From the IMG/VR virus record IMGVR_UViG_3300027996_003878: 64,000 nt of DNA; one strand, 5' to 3'. The DNA is from a virus. Its lineage: Duplodnaviria > Caudoviricetes. Of the stretch, positions 9,049 through 18,540 are shown piece by piece. The translations under genes were made by a program, and so were the position numbers. Within the stretch, counting starts at the first letter, position 1, and every line of letters begins with the position of its first letter. Below the pieces are notes generated by a model. The model had not been told where the DNA came from, did no database searches, and saw only the letters and a list, made by a program, of their open reading frames with translations.

Positions 9049-11508
9049 TTAGAGCAAACCTATGCTTACCTTAATATAAATCCAGTTAACTGGGTAAACT
9101 GGCTGAATTGCTACAGTTATATTCCATTGACGAGGCTCAACCTCATCCCGAACAACCTTCAAATCTCTGAAGTCTGTAATTAGTTTCGCGGAGATAAAGC
9201 TCGTTACCACATTATTCGCACGAGCCATCAAGGAGCCCTGTGTTGTCTCATCTTCGGCAGTACCAATAAAGCCAGTAAAAGCAGCTCTCATGCTCTTAGA
9301 GACTCTATCTCTAATGAAGACAATGCTTATCTCCTCCTCCTCTGGGAATCCACTTTGGGTTGTGGTCTTTCCCCAAATAACTCGGCCGCCGCCTGCGACC
9401 GGCTGAAGTACCGTCGCACCTGCTACTGCCAAGTTTTCCAAAGTAATTGGTCTGTAAAGCTTGTCTCGTAAGATTGAGAAGCCTGTCAAGACCTTGTTGG
9501 TAAGAGGTACTGACACAAGCGGAATGCCTGACAAGAAGCCTCCAGCCGCTGCGGCTTGGAAAAAACCGTCAACCTTCACTCTATCAGCTCCAATTTGAAC
9601 AACAACTTCATCTGGGTAAAAATAAACCACTCTGAAGGTGTTGCCATAATTATCTGGAATGCCATAATCTGTTAAGTCTTCAATGTTACCAGCCAAAACC
9701 TCAGTAACATCATCGCCTTGAATGCCCTCTAGAACACCCAAGTCTTCAACGGCGGCGGGCTCCGCTCCAGTAACATTTTCAGGCGTGAGACCTGCAATTG
9801 CTCCAATAAACAAGACCCTTTCTTTGCGATTCTTGATATTACTCATGGTTTCGCAATGAATTCTTGCAGCTTGGAAAATAGCACTTATTGTCTGAGAAGG
9901 AAGTGGGACTACGATATCACAATCAATCTTCTCTAAGGCCTCTAAGCCTGCCTGCCAACCTGGGTCAAAGAAATCTGCATCCTTAGTGTCAACAACCGTA
10001 GCTCGAAGTGATTCCCCGGCGCTTAGCGCTAAGTCATCTGTAAACAAAATTACAGAGCTTTGATCTGAGCTATCAATAACTTCAAACTCAATGCCAGTCT
10101 CAGCGGTGAATGGCACAAGACCAACAATTGTAGCCTTCCCATCAGTCACTGCGGAAATAGAATATGTCCCAGCATTTGCAGCTGGTGACAGTATCTTTAC
10201 ACTTCTGGTTGGACTTAAGTCATCTAATGTAAATAGAACTGTATCACTGCTCAGCTCAGCTGTAGTGGTTGGTACGCCCACTACTAACGCGCCATCATCT
10301 CCTTGTTTTTGAACAGAATCCTTTAAGATGACTGTGTAAGAATAAGTGTAGGCTGGACCAAAGTGAAAGCTATTAGGATCTGCTGTAATCGCAGGATCAT
10401 AAAATGCAACCTTATTAGGTACAATTTGTGTCTCTGTCTCTGTGATAGGATCCGTCACAAAGAAATTTATATTTGATCCTGTGTCAGGCGTTACATTCAA
10501 AGGTAAGGGGAACGAAAGATCATCCGCCGTAGCACCACCTGATGCCGATTCCTCTAATAAATATGAAACTCTTCTCGGCAAGCTAGGAGCACACTGAAGC
10601 GCCCAAACACCTGGCGGCCCATTTGCAAAAGCCAATTGCGCGCCAAGAGTTAGCCGATTTGCCAGACTAGCCTGACCGTGCTTTTGAGCTAATAAATCAA
10701 TATCACTAAAGAATTGAGGGTCATTTAATTCTGCTTCAGAAATATAAGTAGCTACGAGAGAGTCACCTGCCTGCAATGCTCCGCTCTGAACCTCAATAGT
10801 AAATACATCACCCTCAATAAAGGCACTTGAACCTTCTGTTATTGAAAATTGTAAAATCGTATTATCATTTACAACGCCATTCGACTCCCAAACTACCTGA
10901 TTTCCATTGTCATCAAGAATATTGCCACTTACAGAGCCAGTTGCTATAAACTTAGCATATCCATCAATTGGATTTCCATAACCATCTCTACGAACAGATG
11001 TGCAGCGAACAGTCCACGTTTCTGTAGGAGCGTTTAAATCAATTAACGTAAGGCCATTTATAGTGCCATTACCAACATTGATAGCATTTGGCTTATAAAA
11101 GGAGCCGCCCTGATCAACTAATGATGCTGTTTGGAGTTCAATACGACCATTACTAATATCAATTCTATAATCAAAAGAGGAGCTAAATCCAGGACTTGAA
11201 GGCGTAAATACCTGCTCTAAACCTACGAGAGGAATTCCATTCTTAAAAAGAGTTGTTCTATTCGAGACAACAGGCACAAAACTTAATAAAAAGTGCCTAC
11301 CATCACTGTTGTTTGTGGATGAGTAAGCAGGATTTAAACCATCATTGCCACCGCCAACAGCTGCGGATATTAATACTTCTTCACGAGCGCCTTCTCCAAG
11401 AATAGCCGTAAGTCTAACTCCGCCAGGTACAGCAACGCCCCGTGAATTAGTGACAACCTCGCTATAGACGCCTGGAAGTGCGTTAGTCGCTCCAGGAAAG
11501 TTTGGCAT
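9049..11508 (-). CDS. Contractile tail sheath protein with inserted domains
   Basis: 819 aa; N-terminal PGVYSEVV and C-terminal sheath motifs (EEISIVFIRDRV...EPRQWNITVAIQPVYPVNWIYI). Confidence 0.9.
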   Translation of the reverse strand: MPNFPGATNALPGVYSEVVTNSRGVAVPGGVRLTAILGEGAREEVLISAAVGGGNDGLNPAYSSTNNSDGRHFLLSFVPVVSNRTTLFKNGIPLVGLEQVFTPSSPGFSSSFDYRIDISNGRIELQTASLVDQGGSFYKPNAINVGNGTINGLTLIDLNAPTETWTVRCTSVRRDGYGNPIDGYAKFIATGSVSGNILDDNGNQVVWESNGVVNDNTILQFSITEGSSAFIEGDVFTIEVQSGALQAGDSLVATYISEAELNDPQFFSDIDLLAQKHGQASLANRLTLGAQLAFANGPPGVWALQCAPSLPRRVSYLLEESASGGATADDLSFPLPLNVTPDTGSNINFFVTDPITETETQIVPNKVAFYDPAITADPNSFHFGPAYTYSYTVILKDSVQKQGDDGALVVGVPTTTAELSSDTVLFTLDDLSPTRSVKILSPAANAGTYSISAVTDGKATIVGLVPFTAETGIEFEVIDSSDQSSVILFTDDLALSAGESLRATVVDTKDADFFDPGWQAGLEALEKIDCDIVVPLPSQTISAIFQAARIHCETMSNIKNRKERVLFIGAIAGLTPENVTGAEPAAVEDLGVLEGIQGDDVTEVLAGNIEDLTDYGIPDNYGNTFRVVYFYPDEVVVQIGADRVKVDGFFQAAAAGGFLSGIPLVSVPLTNKVLTGFSILRDKLYRPITLENLAVAGATVLQPVAGGGRVIWGKTTTQSGFPEEEEISIVFIRDRVSKSMRAAFTGFIGTAEDETTQGSLMARANNVVTSFISAKLITDFRDLKVVRDEVEPRQWNITVAIQPVYPVNWIYIKVSIGLL

Positions 11509-11563
11509 TTATATCCCTCTTTTGCTCAATAAAATAAGTCATAGATTAACGATAATATATTGT

Positions 11564-11607
11564 ATTATTACCTAACATTATTCCTAATTATTGCTAATTA
11601 TTGCCAA
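11564..11607. repeat. Four imperfect 10-12-bp tandem units upstream of sheath gene
   Basis: attattacctaa, attattcctaa, ttattgctaa, ttattgccaa in intergenic DNA. Confidence 0.6.
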
Positions 11608-11628
11608 ATAGATTTAACATTGATTTTT

Positions 11629-12420
11629 TCACAGATCAGATAGAGCGTCTAATAATTCGACGGTTGTATTTATTTGCATGTTTTCTGCATATCTTGGCGG
11701 CTCAGATTCAACATTACCAATATCAACACAAATATTAATTATATTAATTACAGAATCAACTGGAATTTTTCTTCTCCATTCACTTCTAATATCAAACGTA
11801 ATTGATTGTCTGAACAATTTATCATTTCGATCTTCTGACTCAGAGGGACCTCCAACAGAAACTTGCTTTATTACAACCCCAGAATCAATCATTTCTTGAT
11901 GCCTTAAGTCAACGAATAACAAAGAAACAAGCTCAACTATCTCATCTCTTGATCTTAAAGAACGAGTTATAACATCTACAGTTACACTTCCCTCCCAAGC
12001 GCCACTTCTAACAAAAAAACTAGGCGTAGAAACCAATTTTTCATTGCCATATCCATCTACATATCTAATGTTCTTCCATTCAACAACACCACGATTACGA
12101 CTCATTGATATTGGAACATAATTAGCTCCATTACTTTTTATATAAAGACCCGGATAATAAGCCACATCAAAGCGAAAATATTCACCAATAAATAATCTTG
12201 TTGTTTCATCATCATAAAGACCTGCATCACGAGGAAGCCCCGTATGATCAGGGGTATTTGGAAAGCCCCAGGCATCACGGCTATAATGATAATATGAGCC
12301 TTCGGAGAAAAAATTTCTTAATGTTTCAATAAATAATTGCTTAGGATATGATACCTGTGTGTTTTGAACATAATCATACAAATGATATAAATCTGTTTTG
12401 AATGTATTCGAGGTACCCAT
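11629..12420 (-). CDS. Tail terminator / tail completion protein
   Basis: 263 aa immediately upstream of sheath; WEGSVTVDVITRS..RDEIVELV..LF..QSITFDIRSEWRR pattern. Confidence 0.6.
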   Translation of the reverse strand: MGTSNTFKTDLYHLYDYVQNTQVSYPKQLFIETLRNFFSEGSYYHYSRDAWGFPNTPDHTGLPRDAGLYDDETTRLFIGEYFRFDVAYYPGLYIKSNGANYVPISMSRNRGVVEWKNIRYVDGYGNEKLVSTPSFFVRSGAWEGSVTVDVITRSLRSRDEIVELVSLLFVDLRHQEMIDSGVVIKQVSVGGPSESEDRNDKLFRQSITFDIRSEWRRKIPVDSVINIINICVDIGNVESEPPRYAENMQINTTVELLDALSDL

Positions 12421-12505
12421 TTATCTCACAACTAAAATAATATATCTATTTTTTATATCTTAATATGTATTCATTGCATTTACATTGAAATTAATAAATT
12501 AAGAA

Positions 12506-12709
12506 TTAGCCTTTGAAATCTGAGTATCGAAGCCACTCAAATTCATAACCCTCACTTTCAGGATCAAAGCCAAGCTCTCTTAAAATATCTTTAGCTTTTT
12601 TAATTCTGTCATCTCCGATCTTACAATCACAATACACCCTCATAACTATCGTTCTATAAACTTGAATAAATCCATAACCCTTACAGATTTTGCACGCCAA
12701 GAAGGACAT
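12506..12709 (-). CDS. Small Cys-rich (CxxCxGxG...CxC) zinc-finger-like protein
   Basis: 67 aa, CKICKGYG and YCDC; fills the gap between co-oriented genes. Confidence 0.6.
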   Translation of the reverse strand: MSFLACKICKGYGFIQVYRTIVMRVYCDCKIGDDRIKKAKDILRELGFDPESEGYEFEWLRYSDFKG

Positions 12710-12728
12710 TATATTACAGGATAATCAC

Positions 12729-15700
12729 TTACCATCTATAAGTTATAATACACTCAGATACATTTATAAACAAACTATTAGGATTTGTTTCAATCAAGCA
12801 TTGAAGCTTGAGAACCGGCTCGGTGCTAGGAATATTTCTAATTAATTCCAAATTAGGACCTGATAATGTATGATTTGTAGTACCGCCTGAAACCAACGGC
12901 TGTACATCAGGAGCCTGATGTCCGGCTCCCCCGATATTGTCTTGCAATACAAACAACGCTTGCTCGATTCCCACGCCAGAAATATTACCCGAAACTGTCA
13001 CTGTGACCTGTGCTGAAATAATTTCTACACCATAGGGAAGCATTGACGATAGCGGTATGGTCCAATTCCAAGCAACTCCCTGATTTAAATCACCATAATA
13101 AAGTTGCACTGTATTTCCAGCCGCATCATTCCATGAAGCATTTGAAAGAAGAACAAACCCGGTAGCAGGCGGCAGGTTAGCGGTATATCCAGCGCTATTA
13201 AAAGTGGCTGCGTTAGAATTAGCAGTACCAAGCTGACCATAAGCGCCATGAACAGGGACAACTTCTGTTTGGTTTTTATTAGCTGTAACAATAACATTTA
13301 AAGAATGATTGTCATTAACAACTTCTGTGTCGGTCCCTGCCTGATCAATTGTCGGAGAGTCAAAAAAATTATCTCTTACTAGCCCAAATGCCTGTGTATT
13401 ATCAGTGCTAATCTCAATATAACGGCTTATATCAAAGCCTTGTCTGTCAATTTTATTTGATTGAACAATAAACTCTCTTTCGCCTGTATAAACAGTTGAA
13501 AGAAGAATGCCATAACCATTTACATCTATACCTCTTATGATGTTTTCAGTTATCGTGCCAGATACAGATGAAAAAATACCCGCAAGGTAACCATAAAAAA
13601 CAATACCTGCGCCCTCATCGAAAGCCCCTCTATCGATTATATTTCTAGAAATAACAACTTCACCAACTGAGGAATTATTATTGTGAAAAACACTTATACA
13701 AGTGTACCCACCAACTATGGGCGAAGTTGTATAATTACTTAGGTACGTAACATCGAAGGCTGTAAGTCTATTATCAGTTATTGACTTTTGACTTGCATAA
13801 CCCCCAAATGGATCACTGCCAGTGCTTGAAACATTAATCCAATTGCAGGAGTTATTATGAATAGCGAACGATCCTGCTACCACATCAATATCATCGGCTT
13901 CTACAAGAAAGGTTCCGGTTGTCAAAATTGGATCAATATAATTAGCTATGTTGCCGATTAGATTACAAGAGTTATTTTGAATAACCAAGCCCTTTGTTCT
14001 ATTTGTCACCAACTCATAACTAAAGGTATTTGCAATTACCCCACCAACAAGGAAGCCGATAACGCCACAAAAATTGTTTTCAATAGTTGTATTTATTACA
14101 GAAAGCGAATTCAAATCATCATCTATAGTTCCAGTACTGTTCTCTTGTGTAATATAAATACCTTGCTTAAGATTACAGGTATTTCCTGAAATTTGACAAT
14201 TTGCCACTAAAGAAGGAGTCGTCGGTGCGGGTCCAGTAAGTTCACTTCTTATTATTGCAATAGCGCTTTGATCTCTGGCAGGAGAAACATCATTATCGTT
14301 AAAATTACAATCAATGACCCTTAATTCATTTAGTATGCCGTCTACACCTCGCTCCATACAAATATACGGTGGTCGCTGCTCTCCCGCACGCAAATCAGAA
14401 TAAAATGAACAATTTTCTATTGTTATTCTTTCAACAGAATCTGTGCCTCCAAAAATACATCCATTTGCACTGTTTATTTTATCATTAGCGCTATAAGATA
14501 GCCCAATTGGATCGTAATTAAATGTCAAGTTTCTAAATGTAATATCTTTATCAACCAAAAAGCCCTGATCAGAGCTTACATTTAGAACCGCTCCATCACC
14601 CTCAAAAACAACTCCGCGTTCTAGCTGCGTAAGATCTACCAGCTGATCAATATCAAATGTACCCTTTAATGTGACTAAATTTTTAGAATTCTCTAAGTTA
14701 TTAATCCAATTTATTAAAGGCTCAAAACTTTTAAAGTTACCATGAAACCCGCCAGAAGACAGCGTCAATGGTGGGTTGGTTGTTTCTGAAAATACAAACT
14801 TACGCAAGTCACTAACAGTGCCAGCTGTAAAAGACGATATAATTGCTGGCATAATTGCAATTGGCGTAAGATCTTTACGATCATTAATAAGTTCAGCAAA
14901 CGTCACAGACGGAACATAATAACTCGAAGCACCACCTGGCGTAGATGCAAAGAACTGTTGCTTCACAGATGTAACTATAATTGGTACTAAGTTATTATCT
15001 TCTGTAGCACATACCGCCCAGTTTACAACCTGTACATTCGGAGGGACTGGCAGCCCTGACGCATCATAAATCTCTGGTATTGTTACAGACGAGTTATTTA
15101 AAACACTTATCGCACCATTAACAAGAGCTAATCCGCCCTTAAAGAAAATCTCACGATCATCAGATGGATTTATATAGTCAAAATCCAGCCCCCGAATAAC
15201 ACCATTACCATGTAAATAGCGATCTCCGGCAGAAATAAATTCAATAGCTGAATCTGTAAAGTCAGTTTCATCGACACTTCCAAACTGCCTTCGATCTAAT
15301 ACATGCTCAACAATCTCCTTACCAAGCTCTGCCCTCCAATTTACCTCACATGTAGCTAAAAGAAGATTCTCATCATTGAGCTTTAAAGTTGGAAAAATCT
15401 CTATGTCAACATATCTATCTGGTGTAACTGTAACACCTGGATATACGTCAAAATCATTGAATTCTAAATCAATATAATCTACATTAGTTTCATCATAGAA
15501 TCTAACTGAAACATTTTTACGACCACGTGTTATCGGTCCAACATTTAAAATTCCAGGAATACCCAGCCCAGGCCTTTGACCGATATAACCATCGAACTCG
15601 CCAGATGCAATATTATAATTAGTTACATAAAGTCTAATAAATCTCGCATATTCAAGAGGATTTCCATCTCTGTAACCTCTAAACTTTGGAGAAACATCTC

Positions 15701-18050
15701 GTATATGCCATCTACTAGTCTCCAGCAACTCCGTCGTTCCAAGCTGCATTGGAATTCTAGCGCGCTCGTGAGTAAATGTAACACCTTCTTTATTTACATA
15801 GACCTCATGAAGTCTTGAGTAATTATCTGAAGATGGAGCGTCGTCAATAACGTTTTGTTTGTCAAAAGAAACAGAGTCTTCTGAGAAGAACAACTTAACC
15901 GGCAAACTAGGGGTTGAAGAGGAGGATACAGCATTACCTGTCGCATGAATGCCATTAATTACAGTAATATAAGTGCAGTCAGGCTGCCCAGCGCATTTTT
16001 CAAATGAAACTTCTTTTATGATAAATCTACCATAATCAACATCTTTATAAGCCGGATCTGTAAAGGAAACCGAGGGCTGTATTACTATTGTTTTACCCTT
16101 CTTAAGCCCCGCCGCCTCTAAATTCAAAGGCACCTTGTAAGTGACCTCTACAGTAAAGGCACCTACAACATTTCTGATAAAAATCTCGCCATCCCACGAA
16201 CCATCAGCATTTGCATTATAGGTAGGGGCAAAATCATCTCTCTTACGGCCATTAACAATATAATAACGCTGCTTTAAAGGGGGAATAACCTTTGTAGGCA
16301 GCTGTGCTGCTGTCACATCTGGGAAGCTTGCTTGATACGAAGGGCTTGCCGCATCCGCATGCGCAGCTCCAAAGCCAAGTGCATCAAAATTATCTAAAGT
16401 ATCCCCGCCTATTACGTTTTTTACATAAGAGCCCGTAACTAGCGTACCTGAGGAATTATCACCTGATATGATTGCAAAGCTAGCTCCGCCATAAGAATCA
16501 GCGAGCATTATGCCAAAATCACCCTTGTAAGCAAAAGTAATAAATCTGTAATTATACCCTAAGTTACGTAGGCTATTGTTAGTTTGCTGAACTACATCTT
16601 CTAAATTATATTTACCTGGAGTAACGCCTGCATTTCCAGTTACATCGATTGCAGGTAAGCTAATTACCTTTTCAGCAGGATTGCCCGTTGGGTAAAGCTC
16701 TAAATATAGGTTATAGTGCGTAGAGTCAAGTTGACCAGGATCAAAGCCCAAACCTAAGGCAGTCGCTCCTTTTGGATCAGAAACGATGAGGCTCGATAAT
16801 ATATTTGAAAAACTAGACGAAGGAATGGCGTTAGCAGGAGCTACTGCTAAAATTCCAGCAGTATCTCTGTCATATAATGGACGATCAATTCTAGCATAGG
16901 CATAACCATCATTGTACCCATCACTGTAACCATCGCCGCTATTGAAAAGATTAACGCCATTTAATCGGACAAACCATTCCAGCCCTGCATTATATCTAAC
17001 AGAATCAATAGGATACAGCGCCTCAATGCCGTTGCCGTAATTTATTCTGATTATATCACCGCTACGCACCTGGCTAAACTGCGAGTCAAATACATATGTG
17101 CTCTTAGGATTCTCAGGAAGAAACTTAACAATATCATCGCCAATAGATGTATTATCAACAGGTGACGTATTAGGATCTGTGACTAAATAAGTACTAACCG
17201 GAGTAGGAGGCACAACATTTTGCTTATACCCATCTGGTAGGTTAAAACCCTGAGCGCGAGTTATTCTGGGTATTGCATTTGCATGTTGAGTTGCCCGATG
17301 CTGTCCTAAATTTAAAACCTCAGCATCATCAATTGCGTCCAATGCCTTTTGAACATTATCAGCTGTTTGCGGGATTTCCTCAAACGAACTTGTATCCACC
17401 TGTATTGCTGATGCAACATGTGCGTCCAAGACTGCATTTTGATGCGCGTTGAAAGAATCATTAATCTGCTGTAAGGCCCTTCCAACCGTAGTGGCGCTTA
17501 ACGGATTTCCGTCTTTATCAACTAACCCTCCCCATACAAAAGCAGGATCTCGCGTATCACTCGGGACTGCATTTAAATCAATTTGACTAGCGACATGACG
17601 CGCCAAAGTTACGCCATCAGCTAGAACTGCAACTCCCTTAATATGAGATATTAAGTTTGCATCCGTTGTACTTGCAAAGGCAGCTAATGAATTTAACAGA
17701 GCCGAATTATCTGCAATAAGAGTATTAAGATCTGATGTTCCATAATCTAACGATAACTTAAACTCTTTTATACCTGCATTTGATGCAACTTGATTATCAA
17801 CGATTGGCAATGTAGCCAGACCAACGCTTGTAAGAGCAGAGGCCTTTATAGTGCCATCTGGATTTAAAGATGTATCCAATCTGGCCGCTACTGAACCAGC
17901 ACTTCCGGCAGGATTAATTCCTAATTCTTTTTCAATAGCAAATACAGCATCACGAAGCTGATTAATTGCCTCTGTGCCTAACTCTGATAAATTATCATCA
18001 ATTCGGATAATGGTATTATCATCATCAATATCAAAAGGGTAAACTGACAT
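12729..18050 (-). CDS. Giant fibre / collar-type structural protein with C-terminal beta-helix region
   Basis: 1773 aa; N-terminal AINQLRDAVFAIEKELG anchor-like segment; repeated (I/V)xxNx(C/I) beta-helix turns in the C-terminal third. Confidence 0.65.
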   Translation of the reverse strand: MSVYPFDIDDDNTIIRIDDNLSELGTEAINQLRDAVFAIEKELGINPAGSAGSVAARLDTSLNPDGTIKASALTSVGLATLPIVDNQVASNAGIKEFKLSLDYGTSDLNTLIADNSALLNSLAAFASTTDANLISHIKGVAVLADGVTLARHVASQIDLNAVPSDTRDPAFVWGGLVDKDGNPLSATTVGRALQQINDSFNAHQNAVLDAHVASAIQVDTSSFEEIPQTADNVQKALDAIDDAEVLNLGQHRATQHANAIPRITRAQGFNLPDGYKQNVVPPTPVSTYLVTDPNTSPVDNTSIGDDIVKFLPENPKSTYVFDSQFSQVRSGDIIRINYGNGIEALYPIDSVRYNAGLEWFVRLNGVNLFNSGDGYSDGYNDGYAYARIDRPLYDRDTAGILAVAPANAIPSSSFSNILSSLIVSDPKGATALGLGFDPGQLDSTHYNLYLELYPTGNPAEKVISLPAIDVTGNAGVTPGKYNLEDVVQQTNNSLRNLGYNYRFITFAYKGDFGIMLADSYGGASFAIISGDNSSGTLVTGSYVKNVIGGDTLDNFDALGFGAAHADAASPSYQASFPDVTAAQLPTKVIPPLKQRYYIVNGRKRDDFAPTYNANADGSWDGEIFIRNVVGAFTVEVTYKVPLNLEAAGLKKGKTIVIQPSVSFTDPAYKDVDYGRFIIKEVSFEKCAGQPDCTYITVINGIHATGNAVSSSSTPSLPVKLFFSEDSVSFDKQNVIDDAPSSDNYSRLHEVYVNKEGVTFTHERARIPMQLGTTELLETSRWHIRDVSPKFRGYRDGNPLEYARFIRLYVTNYNIASGEFDGYIGQRPGLGIPGILNVGPITRGRKNVSVRFYDETNVDYIDLEFNDFDVYPGVTVTPDRYVDIEIFPTLKLNDENLLLATCEVNWRAELGKEIVEHVLDRRQFGSVDETDFTDSAIEFISAGDRYLHGNGVIRGLDFDYINPSDDREIFFKGGLALVNGAISVLNNSSVTIPEIYDASGLPVPPNVQVVNWAVCATEDNNLVPIIVTSVKQQFFASTPGGASSYYVPSVTFAELINDRKDLTPIAIMPAIISSFTAGTVSDLRKFVFSETTNPPLTLSSGGFHGNFKSFEPLINWINNLENSKNLVTLKGTFDIDQLVDLTQLERGVVFEGDGAVLNVSSDQGFLVDKDITFRNLTFNYDPIGLSYSANDKINSANGCIFGGTDSVERITIENCSFYSDLRAGEQRPPYICMERGVDGILNELRVIDCNFNDNDVSPARDQSAIAIIRSELTGPAPTTPSLVANCQISGNTCNLKQGIYITQENSTGTIDDDLNSLSVINTTIENNFCGVIGFLVGGVIANTFSYELVTNRTKGLVIQNNSCNLIGNIANYIDPILTTGTFLVEADDIDVVAGSFAIHNNSCNWINVSSTGSDPFGGYASQKSITDNRLTAFDVTYLSNYTTSPIVGGYTCISVFHNNNSSVGEVVISRNIIDRGAFDEGAGIVFYGYLAGIFSSVSGTITENIIRGIDVNGYGILLSTVYTGEREFIVQSNKIDRQGFDISRYIEISTDNTQAFGLVRDNFFDSPTIDQAGTDTEVVNDNHSLNVIVTANKNQTEVVPVHGAYGQLGTANSNAATFNSAGYTANLPPATGFVLLSNASWNDAAGNTVQLYYGDLNQGVAWNWTIPLSSMLPYGVEIISAQVTVTVSGNISGVGIEQALFVLQDNIGGAGHQAPDVQPLVSGGTTNHTLSGPNLELIRNIPSTEPVLKLQCLIETNPNSLFINVSECIITYRW

Positions 18051-18101
18051 TACAACACCTTAATTAAATTAATACCCGTATTTGTTTGAATGTTTTAAGC
18101 A

Positions 18102-18422
18102 CTACTCAGATTTACTATTTAGCCAAGACTTTACTCTGTTATAAAGAAAACTAGAAAATAGACCACAAACACTTCCATATATAATATGGTTTAAAGTATC
18201 GCCTGCAAGCATTTCAGGCCAAGGAAACCTTGGGACTAATAAACCAAAAAGAGCACCATTTCCGATACCGCCTAATGGCAGAAAAAGCTCTCTCCAAAAA
18301 CGGTTTTCTGAAGCTTGCTTCCACAAACTTTCTACCATTGTTCTGATTACGTATGTGACAACATAAATGGCCAAACACAGAACCAATGTTTGCCAAGAAA
18401 AAAATTGTTCCAGAGCGCCCAT
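18102..18422 (-). CDS. Holin-like membrane protein
   Basis: About 106 aa from the ATG at 18422 (AGGA RBS upstream), three hydrophobic segments, basic C-terminus. Confidence 0.5.
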   Translation of the reverse strand: MGALEQFFSWQTLVLCLAIYVVTYVIRTMVESLWKQASENRFWRELFLPLGGIGNGALFGLLVPRFPWPEMLAGDTLNHIIYGSVCGLFSSFLYNRVKSWLNSKSE

Positions 18423-18491
18423 ATTAATCCTTATTTTGTTAAAATATTCAAACAAATACTCAACTTAAATACTCAATTATGCGCAATAAAT

Positions 18492-18524
18492 AATTGACAA
18501 TAATAAATAGATACATTGTCAATT
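18492..18524. promoter_or_regulatory. 10-bp inverted repeat containing TTGACA on both strands
   Basis: aattgacaat-N13-attgtcaatt in intergenic DNA upstream of the holin-like gene. Confidence 0.4.
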
Positions 18525-18540
18525 ACATAAAAATCACTTA

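Noticed and set aside
11564-11607. CRISPR-like mini-array
   Set aside because: Units are 10-12 bp, adjacent, without spacers. No repeat-spacer array was seen anywhere in the window.
4324-12420. Interpretation as an eCIS, tailocin or T6SS locus
   Set aside because: Terminase, portal, protease-scaffold and major capsid genes are in the same window, so this is a phage.
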